Shown here: one piece after another, positions 17,089-24,989 of the stretch
How positions within the stretch are numbered: the first letter of the stretch is position 1
Layout of the letters: every line of letters starts with the position of its first letter
UHGV virus genome: UHGV-0095463
DNA: 30,131 bases
Reading direction: 5' to 3' (one strand)
Origin: a virus
Notes under the pieces: generated by a model
Told to the model about the DNA's origin: nothing
Database searches by the model: none
The model's input: only the letters and a program-made list of their open reading frames with translations
Made by a program: the position numbers and the translations under genes

Positions 17089-17739
17089 TCAGCGGCTGTC
17101 ATTGCGCAGTCTGCGCTCCAGCTGCTGTTTGTCTTTTTTCACGCCACAGCGGGGATCGAGCTGTAACGCATGGTTGAGATGATTAAGGGCAGACGCCGGA
17201 TTTCTTTCACTCAGGACAGCGCCAATCGCTTTATGCAGACGCGCCCGTGACTGGTCCGGCATATCCATACCGTCTGTCAGCTCCAGGGTCTGCAGCAACA
17301 GATCGGCATCAAAGCCGGTGGCGGCAAGCATTGCGCTCTGGGCTGCATCTGCCATTTCCTCTGCCAGCACGGTCTGCACGTTGCGGTTACCTAACGGCAT
17401 CACCCAGCCATGACGCAGGGCGTGACGCCCGATCTCCAGCGCCCCGGCATAATCTCCGGCATCAATGCGCCACAGCATCACGTACATCAGCACGTCATCC
17501 TGTTGAGCGCCTCCGGCAGCCAGGACACCCTCCGCCCAGGCGGCGTACTTCGGCAGCAGCTCCACCTTGATTTCCGCTTTTTTGACCGTGGACTGAACGC
17601 CCTTGAGACGGCGGCGGTCTTCCGCCAGTTGCAGCAGCATCAGGTCATAGCCCGACGCGTGGCGAACGCTGCCGCCCTCGCGGGCGGCCTGTTCAGCCTG
17701 AACGCGCAGGCGATGCTGCCGTGCGGGACTCAGGCTCAT
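17089..17739 (-). CDS. M: Terminase small (endonuclease) subunit gpM
   Basis: 216-aa ORF between N and L; size and order match P2 gpM. Confidence 0.85.
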   Translation of the reverse strand: MSLSPARQHRLRVQAEQAAREGGSVRHASGYDLMLLQLAEDRRRLKGVQSTVKKAEIKVELLPKYAAWAEGVLAAGGAQQDDVLMYVMLWRIDAGDYAGALEIGRHALRHGWVMPLGNRNVQTVLAEEMADAAQSAMLAATGFDADLLLQTLELTDGMDMPDQSRARLHKAIGAVLSERNPASALNHLNHALQLDPRCGVKKDKQQLERRLRNDSR

Positions 17740-17742
17740 GAA

Positions 17743-18801
17743 TTACGCTCCGGTTTCTGCTGCTGCGGCGCTGAAGTCGCCAATCTGGATGTTTTCCACC
17801 AGTGCGGCGCAGCGGTAGTCCTCAACCACATAGGCTTCGTTAACGGATTCAAAGTTTTCAATCCGGTCACGTTTCGGGTTGTCGATAACTGAGCGGCGGC
17901 GGGTGTCTTCCTGCCAGTAGATGGACAGGTTATCCAGACGGGTGATCAGCAGTGCATTCGGCGGGAAGAACGGCGCACGCACGGCCTGCAGGCCACCCAT
18001 GCGTTTCTGACTGATGATCATATCGGCAGCCAGTTTTTCACTGTTTTCCTGCTCTTTGTTGACCAGCGGGAAATACTTGTCAGACAGCAGTTCACGACCG
18101 CAAATCACCACCAGATCGTCATCGTCCTGGTAGACCACATCGATAAGCTCATTGACGGCATCCATCACCACGGCGTCCAGGTTGGCATATTCGCCACCTT
18201 TCCCGACTTTCACCGCACCCGGTGTGGTTTCACCGCCCGTGGTGGTGCTGCCCATGACGTGATCCGGTGCATCTTCACGGATTTTCTGCAGCCAGCCTTT
18301 GTTCACATCCTGCAGCAGCGGGTTTTCGCTACGGTTGGAGGTTTTCGCACGCTTCACGCCGTTAAAGCCGATCATGATGCGGTCCAGAGCCTGACGTTTC
18401 ACGATGGCGTCACGGATGCGCACCTGGAAATCCTGAAACTTCGCCCACAGGTCCAGCTTCGCGTAGGTCAGCACCGTGTCAAAGTTGGTCTGCTCGCATT
18501 TATATTCCACATCGACCATCAGCGTCGGATCGACAGGTTCACGCTCTTTCGCGGTGGTGTCAGTGGTTCCGGCAATGGTGCTGCCAACTCCCAGCCCCAG
18601 CAGCTGACCGGACTGCTCAGTCACTGGCGTGACGTTAATCAGCGTCAGGAAAGCGGCGGACTGCTGGATCTGGTCTTCCAGCGTCTGCTGCACAGACGGC
18701 TCCACGGTGAACTTGCTGGACAGTTCTTCAACTGCCACACCGTTCAGACGCGCCAGCTGCTGCAGGTAAGCGTTAAAAGCAAAGCGGGTAATCTTCTTCA
18801 T
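17743..18801 (-). CDS. N: Major capsid protein gpN
   Basis: 352-aa ORF after the scaffold gene; size and order match P2 gpN. Confidence 0.9.
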   Translation of the reverse strand: MKKITRFAFNAYLQQLARLNGVAVEELSSKFTVEPSVQQTLEDQIQQSAAFLTLINVTPVTEQSGQLLGLGVGSTIAGTTDTTAKEREPVDPTLMVDVEYKCEQTNFDTVLTYAKLDLWAKFQDFQVRIRDAIVKRQALDRIMIGFNGVKRAKTSNRSENPLLQDVNKGWLQKIREDAPDHVMGSTTTGGETTPGAVKVGKGGEYANLDAVVMDAVNELIDVVYQDDDDLVVICGRELLSDKYFPLVNKEQENSEKLAADMIISQKRMGGLQAVRAPFFPPNALLITRLDNLSIYWQEDTRRRSVIDNPKRDRIENFESVNEAYVVEDYRCAALVENIQIGDFSAAAAETGA

Positions 18802-18817
18802 CGGGTTTTGTGCTCCA

Positions 18818-19651
18818 TCAGCAATTGGTCAGAGTGTCAGCGGGGGCGTTACCGCCTGTTGCACGCTGGCGGTAGTCCTGGCGACTGTCTTCATGACTCA
18901 GCTTGTCCACCAGTTCGTTAAAGGCGGTTTGCTGTGCCTGCAGGGCAGTCTCCAGCTCAGACAGGCGTTCTTCCTGCTCAGACAGGGATTTTTCGGTGCG
19001 TGCGCTCAGGTTCTGCTGCTCAGTGGCGACCAGCTCCACGGCCTTATGCACATCAGAGAACCGGGCGTCATCGGACTGCTCTTTTTTGGTAAACAGCGCC
19101 GTGACGCGGGCAAACAGGGACGGTTTGTCGTCCTGGATTTCTTCCAGTTCGATCACCGTTTCCTCTGCAGCGGTAAAGAGATTGGCAGGATTCTGCTTGC
19201 GGTTTGCCAGCGGGTTATGGGCTGCACTGGCGCTGAATGTCAGCATTTCCGTACCCAGACTGGCAGGGTCATCAGTGGCCGCCAGGCCGACCAGATAGGC
19301 TTTGCCCGTATCAGCGAACTTCGGGCTGACTTCCATAGAGGTGAATAATTTCTGGCCTTTTTTCACCAGTTCCACCAGGGACTCCGTTGGCTCAACGTCG
19401 GCATACAGCGCCATCTTGCCTGCCAGCGGACCTTCCGTGATTTCTTCAGCAAACAGCGCCGTCACCTTGCCGTAGCGGTTAAAGGTGCTGTCCGGCAGAT
19501 AAGACTTGATGTGCTCAAGGTTAATCAGCGCGGTATACACCGCCGGGTTGTAGCTGGCTGCCATCTGTTCCAGCCATTCACGCTGGATTTCGCGTCCGTC
19601 GGTGGTGGCACCTTCCACCCCGATGCGAAAACGCTTTGCTTTCACTGTCAT
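18818..19651 (-). CDS. O: Capsid scaffolding protein gpO
   Basis: 277-aa ORF with an acidic, coiled-coil-rich C-terminal half; first gene of the O-N-M-L block and divergent from P. Confidence 0.85.
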   Translation of the reverse strand: MTVKAKRFRIGVEGATTDGREIQREWLEQMAASYNPAVYTALINLEHIKSYLPDSTFNRYGKVTALFAEEITEGPLAGKMALYADVEPTESLVELVKKGQKLFTSMEVSPKFADTGKAYLVGLAATDDPASLGTEMLTFSASAAHNPLANRKQNPANLFTAAEETVIELEEIQDDKPSLFARVTALFTKKEQSDDARFSDVHKAVELVATEQQNLSARTEKSLSEQEERLSELETALQAQQTAFNELVDKLSHEDSRQDYRQRATGGNAPADTLTNC

Positions 19652-19729
19652 GAGCCGTGCTCCGTTAGAAAAAACTTACTGGAGCCTTATGGTTGCGGTG
19701 ATGGGGGCAGTGAAACAATGCGCGGTATT

Positions 19730-19747
19730 TGTACCGACAACCACACA
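19730..19747. promoter_or_regulatory. Putative Ogr-dependent late promoter element in the divergent O/P intergenic region
   Basis: TGTACCGACAACCACACA (TGT-N12-ACA), 46 nt upstream of the P start codon at 19794. Only one clean dyad was found for the two divergent late promoters. Confidence 0.45.
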
Positions 19748-19793
19748 AACCGCAGGCGGGGAAAGCCTTCATTCAAGGCTGTAGGTTTGTGCC

Positions 19794-21560
19794 ATGAACA
19801 CCACACTGACACCCGCAGATCTCGATCCCCGTCGGCAGGCCATGCTGCTGTACTTTCAGGGATACCGCGTAGCCCGCATTGCTGAAATGCTGGGCGAGAA
19901 AGTTGCAACCGTTCACAGCTGGAAGAAACGCGACAAGTGGGGTGACTATGGGCCGCTGGATCAGATGCAGCTCACCACCGCCGCACGCTACTGCCAGCTC
20001 ATTATGAAGGAGCACAAAGAAGGGAAAGATTTCAAAGAAATTGACCTGCTGGCGCGCCAGTCGGAGCGCCACGCGCGGATCGGCAAGTTTAACAATGGCG
20101 GTAACGAAGCCGACTTAAACCCTAACGTCGCCAACCGCAACAAAGGCCCACGCCGTCAGCCGGAAAAGAATGTTTTCACCGATGAGCAGATTGAGAAGCT
20201 GGAAGAAATCTTCCATTCCTCCATGTTCAACTACCAGCGCCACTGGTGGGAAGCCGGAAAAACCAACCGCATCCGCAACCTGCTGAAGTCTCGCCAGATC
20301 GGCGCAACCTTCTATTTTGCCCGTGAAGCCCTGATTGACGCCCTGCTTACCGGACGTAACCAGATTTTCCTTTCTGCCAGTAAGGCTCAGGCCCACGTCT
20401 TTAAACAATACATCATCGACTTCGCCAAAGAAGTCGAGGTGGAGCTAAAAGGCGATCCGATGGTGCTTCCTAACGGAGCCACGCTTTACTTCCTCGGCAC
20501 CAATGCCCGCACGGCCCAGAGTTACCACGGCAACCTGTATCTGGATGAATATTTCTGGATACCGAAATTTCAGGAGCTGCGCAAAGTGGCTTCCGGTATG
20601 GCTATTCACAAGAAATGGCGACAAACCTATTTTTCCACGCCATCCAGCCTGACACACAGTGCTTATCCGTTCTGGTCCGGTGCGCTGTTCAACCGTGGGC
20701 GCAACAAAGCCGATAAGGTGGACATCGACCTGTCCCACAGCAATCTGGCCCCCGGCCTGCTGTGCGCAGACGGGCAATACCGCCAGATAGTCACCGTGGA
20801 AGATGCGGTGCGCGGCGGCTGTAACCTGTTCGACCTTGACCAGTTGCGCATGGAGTACAGCCCGGACGAATACCAGAACCTGCTGATGTGCGAGTTTGTG
20901 GACGATCTCGCGTCCGTGTTTCCGCTCAGCGAGCTGCAGGCGTGCATGGTGGACAGCTGGGAAGTCTGGACCGACTTTCATGCACTGGCGCTGCGCCCGT
21001 TTGGCTGGCGCGAGGTGTGGATCGGTTATGACCCGGCAAAAGGTACGCAGAACGGCGATAGTGCCGGATGCGTGGTGGTGGCTCCGCCAGCCGTGCCGGG
21101 TGGTAAGTTCCGCATTCTTGAGCATCACCAGTGGCGCGGGATGGACTTCCGCGCCCAGGCTGACGCCATCAAAAAACTGACCGAACAGTACAACGTGACC
21201 TATATCGGCATCGACTCGACCGGCGTCGGTCACGGGGTTTACGAGAACGTGAAAGCGTTTTTTCCTGCCGTCAGGGAGTTTGTCTACAACCCCAACGTTA
21301 AAAACGCCCTGGTACTCAAGGCCTACGACATTATCAGCCACCGCCGTCTGGAGTTTGACGCCGGGCACACCGACATTGCGCAGTCATTTATGGCAATCCG
21401 TCGCGCTACCACTGCCAGTGGCAACCGCCCGACCTATGAAGCCAGCCGCAGCGAAGAAGCCAGCCATGCCGATCTGGCCTGGGCAACAATGCACGCACTG
21501 TTTAACGAACCGCTGCAGGGCGAGTCCGCCAATACCAGCAATATTGTGGAGATTTTTTGA
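19794..21560 (+). CDS. P: Terminase large (ATPase) subunit gpP
   Basis: 588-aa ORF divergent from O and followed by the portal gene, as in P2. Confidence 0.9.
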   Translation: MNTTLTPADLDPRRQAMLLYFQGYRVARIAEMLGEKVATVHSWKKRDKWGDYGPLDQMQLTTAARYCQLIMKEHKEGKDFKEIDLLARQSERHARIGKFNNGGNEADLNPNVANRNKGPRRQPEKNVFTDEQIEKLEEIFHSSMFNYQRHWWEAGKTNRIRNLLKSRQIGATFYFAREALIDALLTGRNQIFLSASKAQAHVFKQYIIDFAKEVEVELKGDPMVLPNGATLYFLGTNARTAQSYHGNLYLDEYFWIPKFQELRKVASGMAIHKKWRQTYFSTPSSLTHSAYPFWSGALFNRGRNKADKVDIDLSHSNLAPGLLCADGQYRQIVTVEDAVRGGCNLFDLDQLRMEYSPDEYQNLLMCEFVDDLASVFPLSELQACMVDSWEVWTDFHALALRPFGWREVWIGYDPAKGTQNGDSAGCVVVAPPAVPGGKFRILEHHQWRGMDFRAQADAIKKLTEQYNVTYIGIDSTGVGHGVYENVKAFFPAVREFVYNPNVKNALVLKAYDIISHRRLEFDAGHTDIAQSFMAIRRATTASGNRPTYEASRSEEASHADLAWATMHALFNEPLQGESANTSNIVEIF

Positions 21561-22597
21561 TGGGAAAGAGTAAGAAGAACCGCGCTGCGTCGACGAAACA
21601 GATCCAGCATAAAAGCCAGACTTCAGCCGAAGCATTCAGCTTCGGTGATCCCGTTCCTGTTCTGGACCGCCGCGAACTGCTGGACTATGTGGAATGCGTA
21701 CAGATGGATCGTTGGTATGAGCCGCCTGTGAGTTTCGACGGACTGGCGCGAACCTTCCGCGCCGCCGTGCATCACAGCTCACCGATTGCAGTGAAGTGCA
21801 ACATTCTGACCAGCACCTACATCCCTCACCCGCTGCTCAGCCAGCAGGCTTTTTCGCGTTTTGTGCAGGACTATCTGGTTTTTGGTAACGCCTACCTGGA
21901 GAAACGCACGAACCGCTTCGGTGAAGTTATCGCCCTTGAGCCTGCACTGGCAAAATACACCCGACGCGGGTTAGACCTGGATACCTACTGGTTTGTGCAA
22001 TACGGTATGACAACCCAGCCGTATCAGTTCACGAAAGGCAGCATTTTTCATCTGATGGAACCGGACATTAACCAGGAGATCTACGGCCTGCCCGGTTATC
22101 TTTCTGCCATTCCGTCAGCTCTGCTCAACGAGTCCGCCACGCTGTTCCGCCGCAAGTATTACATTAACGGCAGTCATGCAGGCTTCATCATGTACATGAC
22201 CGATGCTGCGCAGAACCAGGAGGATGTGAACAACCTCCGCAATGCGATGAAAAGCGCCAAAGGTCCTGGTAACTTCCGTAACCTGTTTATGTACTCGCCT
22301 AACGGTAAAAAGGACGGGCTTCAGATTATCCCGTTGTCAGAAGTGGCGGCGAAGGATGAGTTCCTGAATATCAAGAACGTGAGCCGGGACGACATGATGG
22401 CGGCGCATCGTGTGCCGCCACAAATGATGGGGATAATGCCTAATAATGTCGGGGGGTTTGGGGATGTGGAGAAGGCTAGTCGAGTGTTTGTCCGCAATGA
22501 ACTGATGCCACTGCAAAAGCGGCTGCAAGAGCTGAACAACTGGCTAGGTGAAAAAGTGATTTGCTTTGAATCTTACAACTTAGATATTTCTGAGTAA
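21557..22597 (+). CDS. Q: Portal protein gpQ
   Basis: 346-aa ORF, the last late gene before cos. The ORF-track start is a TTG at 21557; the first ATG is at 21560. Confidence 0.9.
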   Translation: MMGKSKKNRAASTKQIQHKSQTSAEAFSFGDPVPVLDRRELLDYVECVQMDRWYEPPVSFDGLARTFRAAVHHSSPIAVKCNILTSTYIPHPLLSQQAFSRFVQDYLVFGNAYLEKRTNRFGEVIALEPALAKYTRRGLDLDTYWFVQYGMTTQPYQFTKGSIFHLMEPDINQEIYGLPGYLSAIPSALLNESATLFRRKYYINGSHAGFIMYMTDAAQNQEDVNNLRNAMKSAKGPGNFRNLFMYSPNGKKDGLQIIPLSEVAAKDEFLNIKNVSRDDMMAAHRVPPQMMGIMPNNVGGFGDVEKASRVFVRNELMPLQKRLQELNNWLGEKVICFESYNLDISE

Positions 22598-22605
22598 ATT
22601 AAAGC

Positions 22606-22621
22606 GCCTGCATTTGCAGGC
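22606..22621. terminator. Rho-independent terminator after Q
   Basis: Hairpin GCCTGC-attt-GCAGGC followed by ATTCTATTATTCTTT. Confidence 0.5.
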
Positions 22622-22627
22622 ATTCTA

Positions 22628-22924
22628 TTATTCTTTAATTAGTGCCCCCCATACGGAGTCCATATCAACTTCCTCAACTACAATGCAAATGGAGCAATGA
22701 ACATGACCATCAGCAATGCGTAGGTAATTGAAAAGCCTTGTTTTCACCCGCCCATCAAATTGAGCACGCCCACCCTTATTCGTAATTGTTACGTAGTCTC
22801 CCACATTTGGAAGCATCAAAAGCGAGTTGTCTTCTGAATTACACCCTACAACCTCTCCATCATCATCAGGGCGATCCTGACCTTTGCGCATATATTGAAA
22901 ATCATAGCTATAAGTAGTTTTCAT
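22628..22924 (-). CDS. Hypothetical 98-aa protein between the portal gene and cos
   Basis: AT-rich ORF. No convincing Shine-Dalgarno upstream and no recognisable motif (translation ...GDYVTITNKGGRAQFDGRVKTRLFNYLRIADGHVHCSICIVVEEVD...). Confidence 0.4.
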   Translation of the reverse strand: MKTTYSYDFQYMRKGQDRPDDDGEVVGCNSEDNSLLMLPNVGDYVTITNKGGRAQFDGRVKTRLFNYLRIADGHVHCSICIVVEEVDMDSVWGALIKE

Positions 22925-23129
22925 AAATGTCTTACTATTCCAATTTTTAACTAACCCAGAAGTTATATCTTAGACCTAAACTGTCTCAGTCACCGTTAAC
23001 TTCATCACAACGATTTAACACATCCTGCATGCCTATCTAACGTGAGAGCCGTTTATACCTACAAAACTAACTACGTTCCTGAGCCAGTAAATTGCGGTGG
23101 ATTTTGACCATTTTACCCCAGAGTGCGCG

Positions 23130-23148
23130 CTCGTATCCCCGCCACGCC
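23130..23148. other. cos-like site (cohesive-end region)
   Basis: Minus strand reads GGCGTGGCGGGGATACGAG. The first 13 nt match the 19-nt cohesive end I recall for phage 186 (GGCGTGGCGGGGAAAGCAT; P2 is GGCGAGGCGGGGAAAGCAC). Location after Q is as expected. Confidence 0.45.
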
Positions 23149-23196
23149 TGCCCGCTTTATGTAGTGGTTTTCATGCGCCTGCATGACATAAGCAAA

Positions 23197-23218
23197 GGCC
23201 CGCCATTCCTAGCGGGCC
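23197..23218 (-). terminator. Putative rho-independent terminator downstream of the 290-aa cargo gene
   Basis: Hairpin GGCCCGC-cattccta-GCGGGCC. On the minus strand it is followed by TTTGCTTAT. Confidence 0.45.
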
Positions 23219-23240
23219 TCAGCTAAAACGATCCTCAAAC

Positions 23241-23273
23241 GATCATGCGGATTCATGCGGCATAGTCATGCAC
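23241..23273. repeat. Three tandem 10-bp-periodic repeats (ATCATGCGG / ATTCATGCGG / AGTCATGCAC) next to cos
   Basis: Direct repeats of core TCATGC(G/A) at one-helical-turn spacing, with a fourth copy at about 23171-23177. Candidate terminase (cosB-like) or other protein-binding array. Confidence 0.4.
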
Positions 23274-23320
23274 TTGTGTGGTTACGAAGGAATATAGTTG
23301 CGAAAATCGATTAAAATGTC

Positions 23321-24193
23321 TTAAGCTCTCTTAATCAACCCCTTATGCGTTGCTTTGGTAAGATAAGCTAATTCTTTAGGCCCCTTATCTCTAAAGCCCA
23401 CCCATTCTGGTTGGAATTTTATAAAACTTGGAATTGCGGTTGCCAAGGCTGTAACCATACCGGGAATAATACCGCCTGAATAACCAGCAATAGCAGCATG
23501 GTACAACGGTTTTAAAAATTCCATAACCTGCCCACCATCTACTTCTGGATTGGCTTTGACTCCCATTCTGATAGGATTTCTCCATTTCCCTTCGATAGCT
23601 TTATCAAGATTAACTACAGCCTCTTGTAATAAAGAAAAATTTTTAGCCCTCGTTAGATTAGGGTCTCTAGAATAAAGGACTTCAGTATACAGTTTTTCTA
23701 AGTACTCATGTAACGCATTAAGATCATCCTGACAATCATCTTTAAAACGTAATATATCTTCTATATGAGCATCTTTATCAGGAATTCTCAGAACATTAAA
23801 CAACTCCAATCTCAACTGAAGGGCCGTTTTCTGTGCTTTATCATATATTAAATTTTCCCCTGTTTGATGAAAGTGCCAATAAGTAGCAGGCTCGTTCTTC
23901 CTGAATTCATCCAATGTCTGCAACTGAAATTCCGTATATAAAAATGGAAAGTCTTGGATATTCAGCATCCCATCATGTTTCATAATAGGTCTACGTAATA
24001 CCCCATTATCTAATAATTCTTTTTCTTTAGGCACAATCGAGTGAATATTTTCACTATCTAGAATAACCACATCATCCCAGTAAAAGCAGAAATAATTAAT
24101 ATCCTGCTCAGTTAAACCTGCCCCAAGATAGACCGTACTATTATTTCTATGAAAACTCATTTCATTAGGATTAGCTACAATACCACGTTTCAT
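23321..24193 (-). CDS. Unrecognised AT-rich cargo protein (290 aa), a candidate anti-phage / abortive-infection gene
   Basis: ATG at 24193 with AAGGAG 5 nt upstream (the ORF-track start at 24217 has no ribosome-binding site). Strongly AT-rich relative to the flanking phage genes, with AT-rich intergenic regions on both sides and a terminator hairpin downstream. C-terminal Gly/Ala-rich hydrophobic segment LYHAAIAGYSGGIIPGMVTALATAIPSFI. Sits between the tum-like module and cos, the position of the P2 old/tin cargo locus. Confidence 0.7.
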   Translation of the reverse strand: MKRGIVANPNEMSFHRNNSTVYLGAGLTEQDINYFCFYWDDVVILDSENIHSIVPKEKELLDNGVLRRPIMKHDGMLNIQDFPFLYTEFQLQTLDEFRKNEPATYWHFHQTGENLIYDKAQKTALQLRLELFNVLRIPDKDAHIEDILRFKDDCQDDLNALHEYLEKLYTEVLYSRDPNLTRAKNFSLLQEAVVNLDKAIEGKWRNPIRMGVKANPEVDGGQVMEFLKPLYHAAIAGYSGGIIPGMVTALATAIPSFIKFQPEWVGFRDKGPKELAYLTKATHKGLIKRA

Positions 24194-24404
24194 TCTTGCT
24201 CCTTGATAAGCATACACATTTTAAGAATGACATATATTCTAATAATTTCAATACATTATGAGTTATAACTAAAAGTGCAGCATAGGTCTCGCCCTGATAG
24301 ATAATCAAGTGATTACTGTCTTTTTACTTATGGTTAACGCCTCTCAAGGCTCGCGGTTCAACCTTGCTGACGCCAGAAGCAGGTTCAGACGCCAGCAACG
24401 TTTC

Positions 24405-24638
24405 TTAATGCAGCCAGCTGTCGTCTTCCCACACCTTCTGCATAATTTTCATCACTTGTTTTCTTTCTTCGTCCAGTTGCAATCCGGTAAGTTCCACACC
24501 GTTAGAGCTACCTTTGCGGATACGAATTACCGTTTTGGGATACAGGGGGCGCAGATTGCGGTAAAGCTCGGATTCAAGGGCGTCCAGTGTAGACTGGCTA
24601 ATCTTCTGCTCTTTATCGATCATTATTTCAATGCGCAT
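24405..24638 (-). CDS. DinI-like protein (77 aa)
   Basis: From the internal start MRIEIMIDKEQ... the protein ends ...QKVWEDDSWLH, resembling E. coli DinI (MRIEVTIAK...ETWESADDWF, about 80 aa). GAGGTGA Shine-Dalgarno upstream of ATG 24638. Confidence 0.75.
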   Translation of the reverse strand: MRIEIMIDKEQKISQSTLDALESELYRNLRPLYPKTVIRIRKGSSNGVELTGLQLDEERKQVMKIMQKVWEDDSWLH

Positions 24639-24648
24639 AAAAGTCACC

Positions 24649-24837
24649 TCAGCTGATGACATCCATTGAGCGGTTGTATTCGTGGGTTCTGATTTTTGCC
24701 ATGAGTTCATCTGTCAGTTCAGAAACCCACTGCAGAGCCAGCCCCTTCTCTTCATCACTACACTCACTAGCCGCTACAAGCTTAAGAAAAAAATCAATGC
24801 GCTGGAGCTTCAAAGACTCCAAAAAATAGTCCTGCAT
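24649..24837 (-). CDS. Small hypothetical protein (62 aa), possibly the N-terminal module of a Tum-like antirepressor
   Basis: Strong ribosome-binding site (AGGAGG, 4 nt spacer). Lies immediately downstream of a LexA box and immediately upstream of the DinI-like ORF in a different frame. Confidence 0.55.
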   Translation of the reverse strand: MQDYFLESLKLQRIDFFLKLVAASECSDEEKGLALQWVSELTDELMAKIRTHEYNRSMDVIS

Positions 24838-24877
24838 CTTTCCTCCTATGACACCAAAACAATACTGTATACATAAC

Positions 24878-24897
24878 CACTGTTTATATTTACAGTA
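24878..24897. promoter_or_regulatory. LexA operator (SOS box) upstream of the tum-like/DinI-like genes
   Basis: CACTGTTTATATTTACAGTA matches the CTGT-N8-ACAG consensus (TACTGTATATATATACAGTA), about 40 bp upstream of the 62-aa ORF start. A partial box (TACTGTATAC) lies just beside it. Confidence 0.7.
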
Positions 24898-24989
24898 TAT
24901 AATAATCTTACTGATGTAAAACGTTTTTTTACGTTCATCGGCCTGATATGCCTGGTATTATTAAGAGCACGAATTGTTAACCCGCGTAA

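Noticed and set aside
19788-19805. Second TGT-N12-ACA dyad (TGTGCCATGAACACCACA)
   Set aside because: It overlaps the P start codon itself, so it cannot be positioned as an upstream activator site; probably coincidental.
24309-24656. Plus-strand ORF 24309..24656 antisense to the DinI-like gene
   Set aside because: Antisense to a recognisable DinI homologue, with no ribosome-binding site.
24639-24710. N-terminal extension of the DinI-like ORF (MNSWQKSEPTNTTAQWMSSAEVTF)
   Set aside because: DinI proteins are about 80 aa and start at the MRIE motif. The extension overlaps the upstream 62-aa ORF in another frame and lacks a ribosome-binding site.
24921-24940. Possible hairpin AACGT-ttttttt-ACGTT downstream of A
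   Set aside because: The stem is only 5 bp and AT-rich, too weak to call a terminator with confidence.
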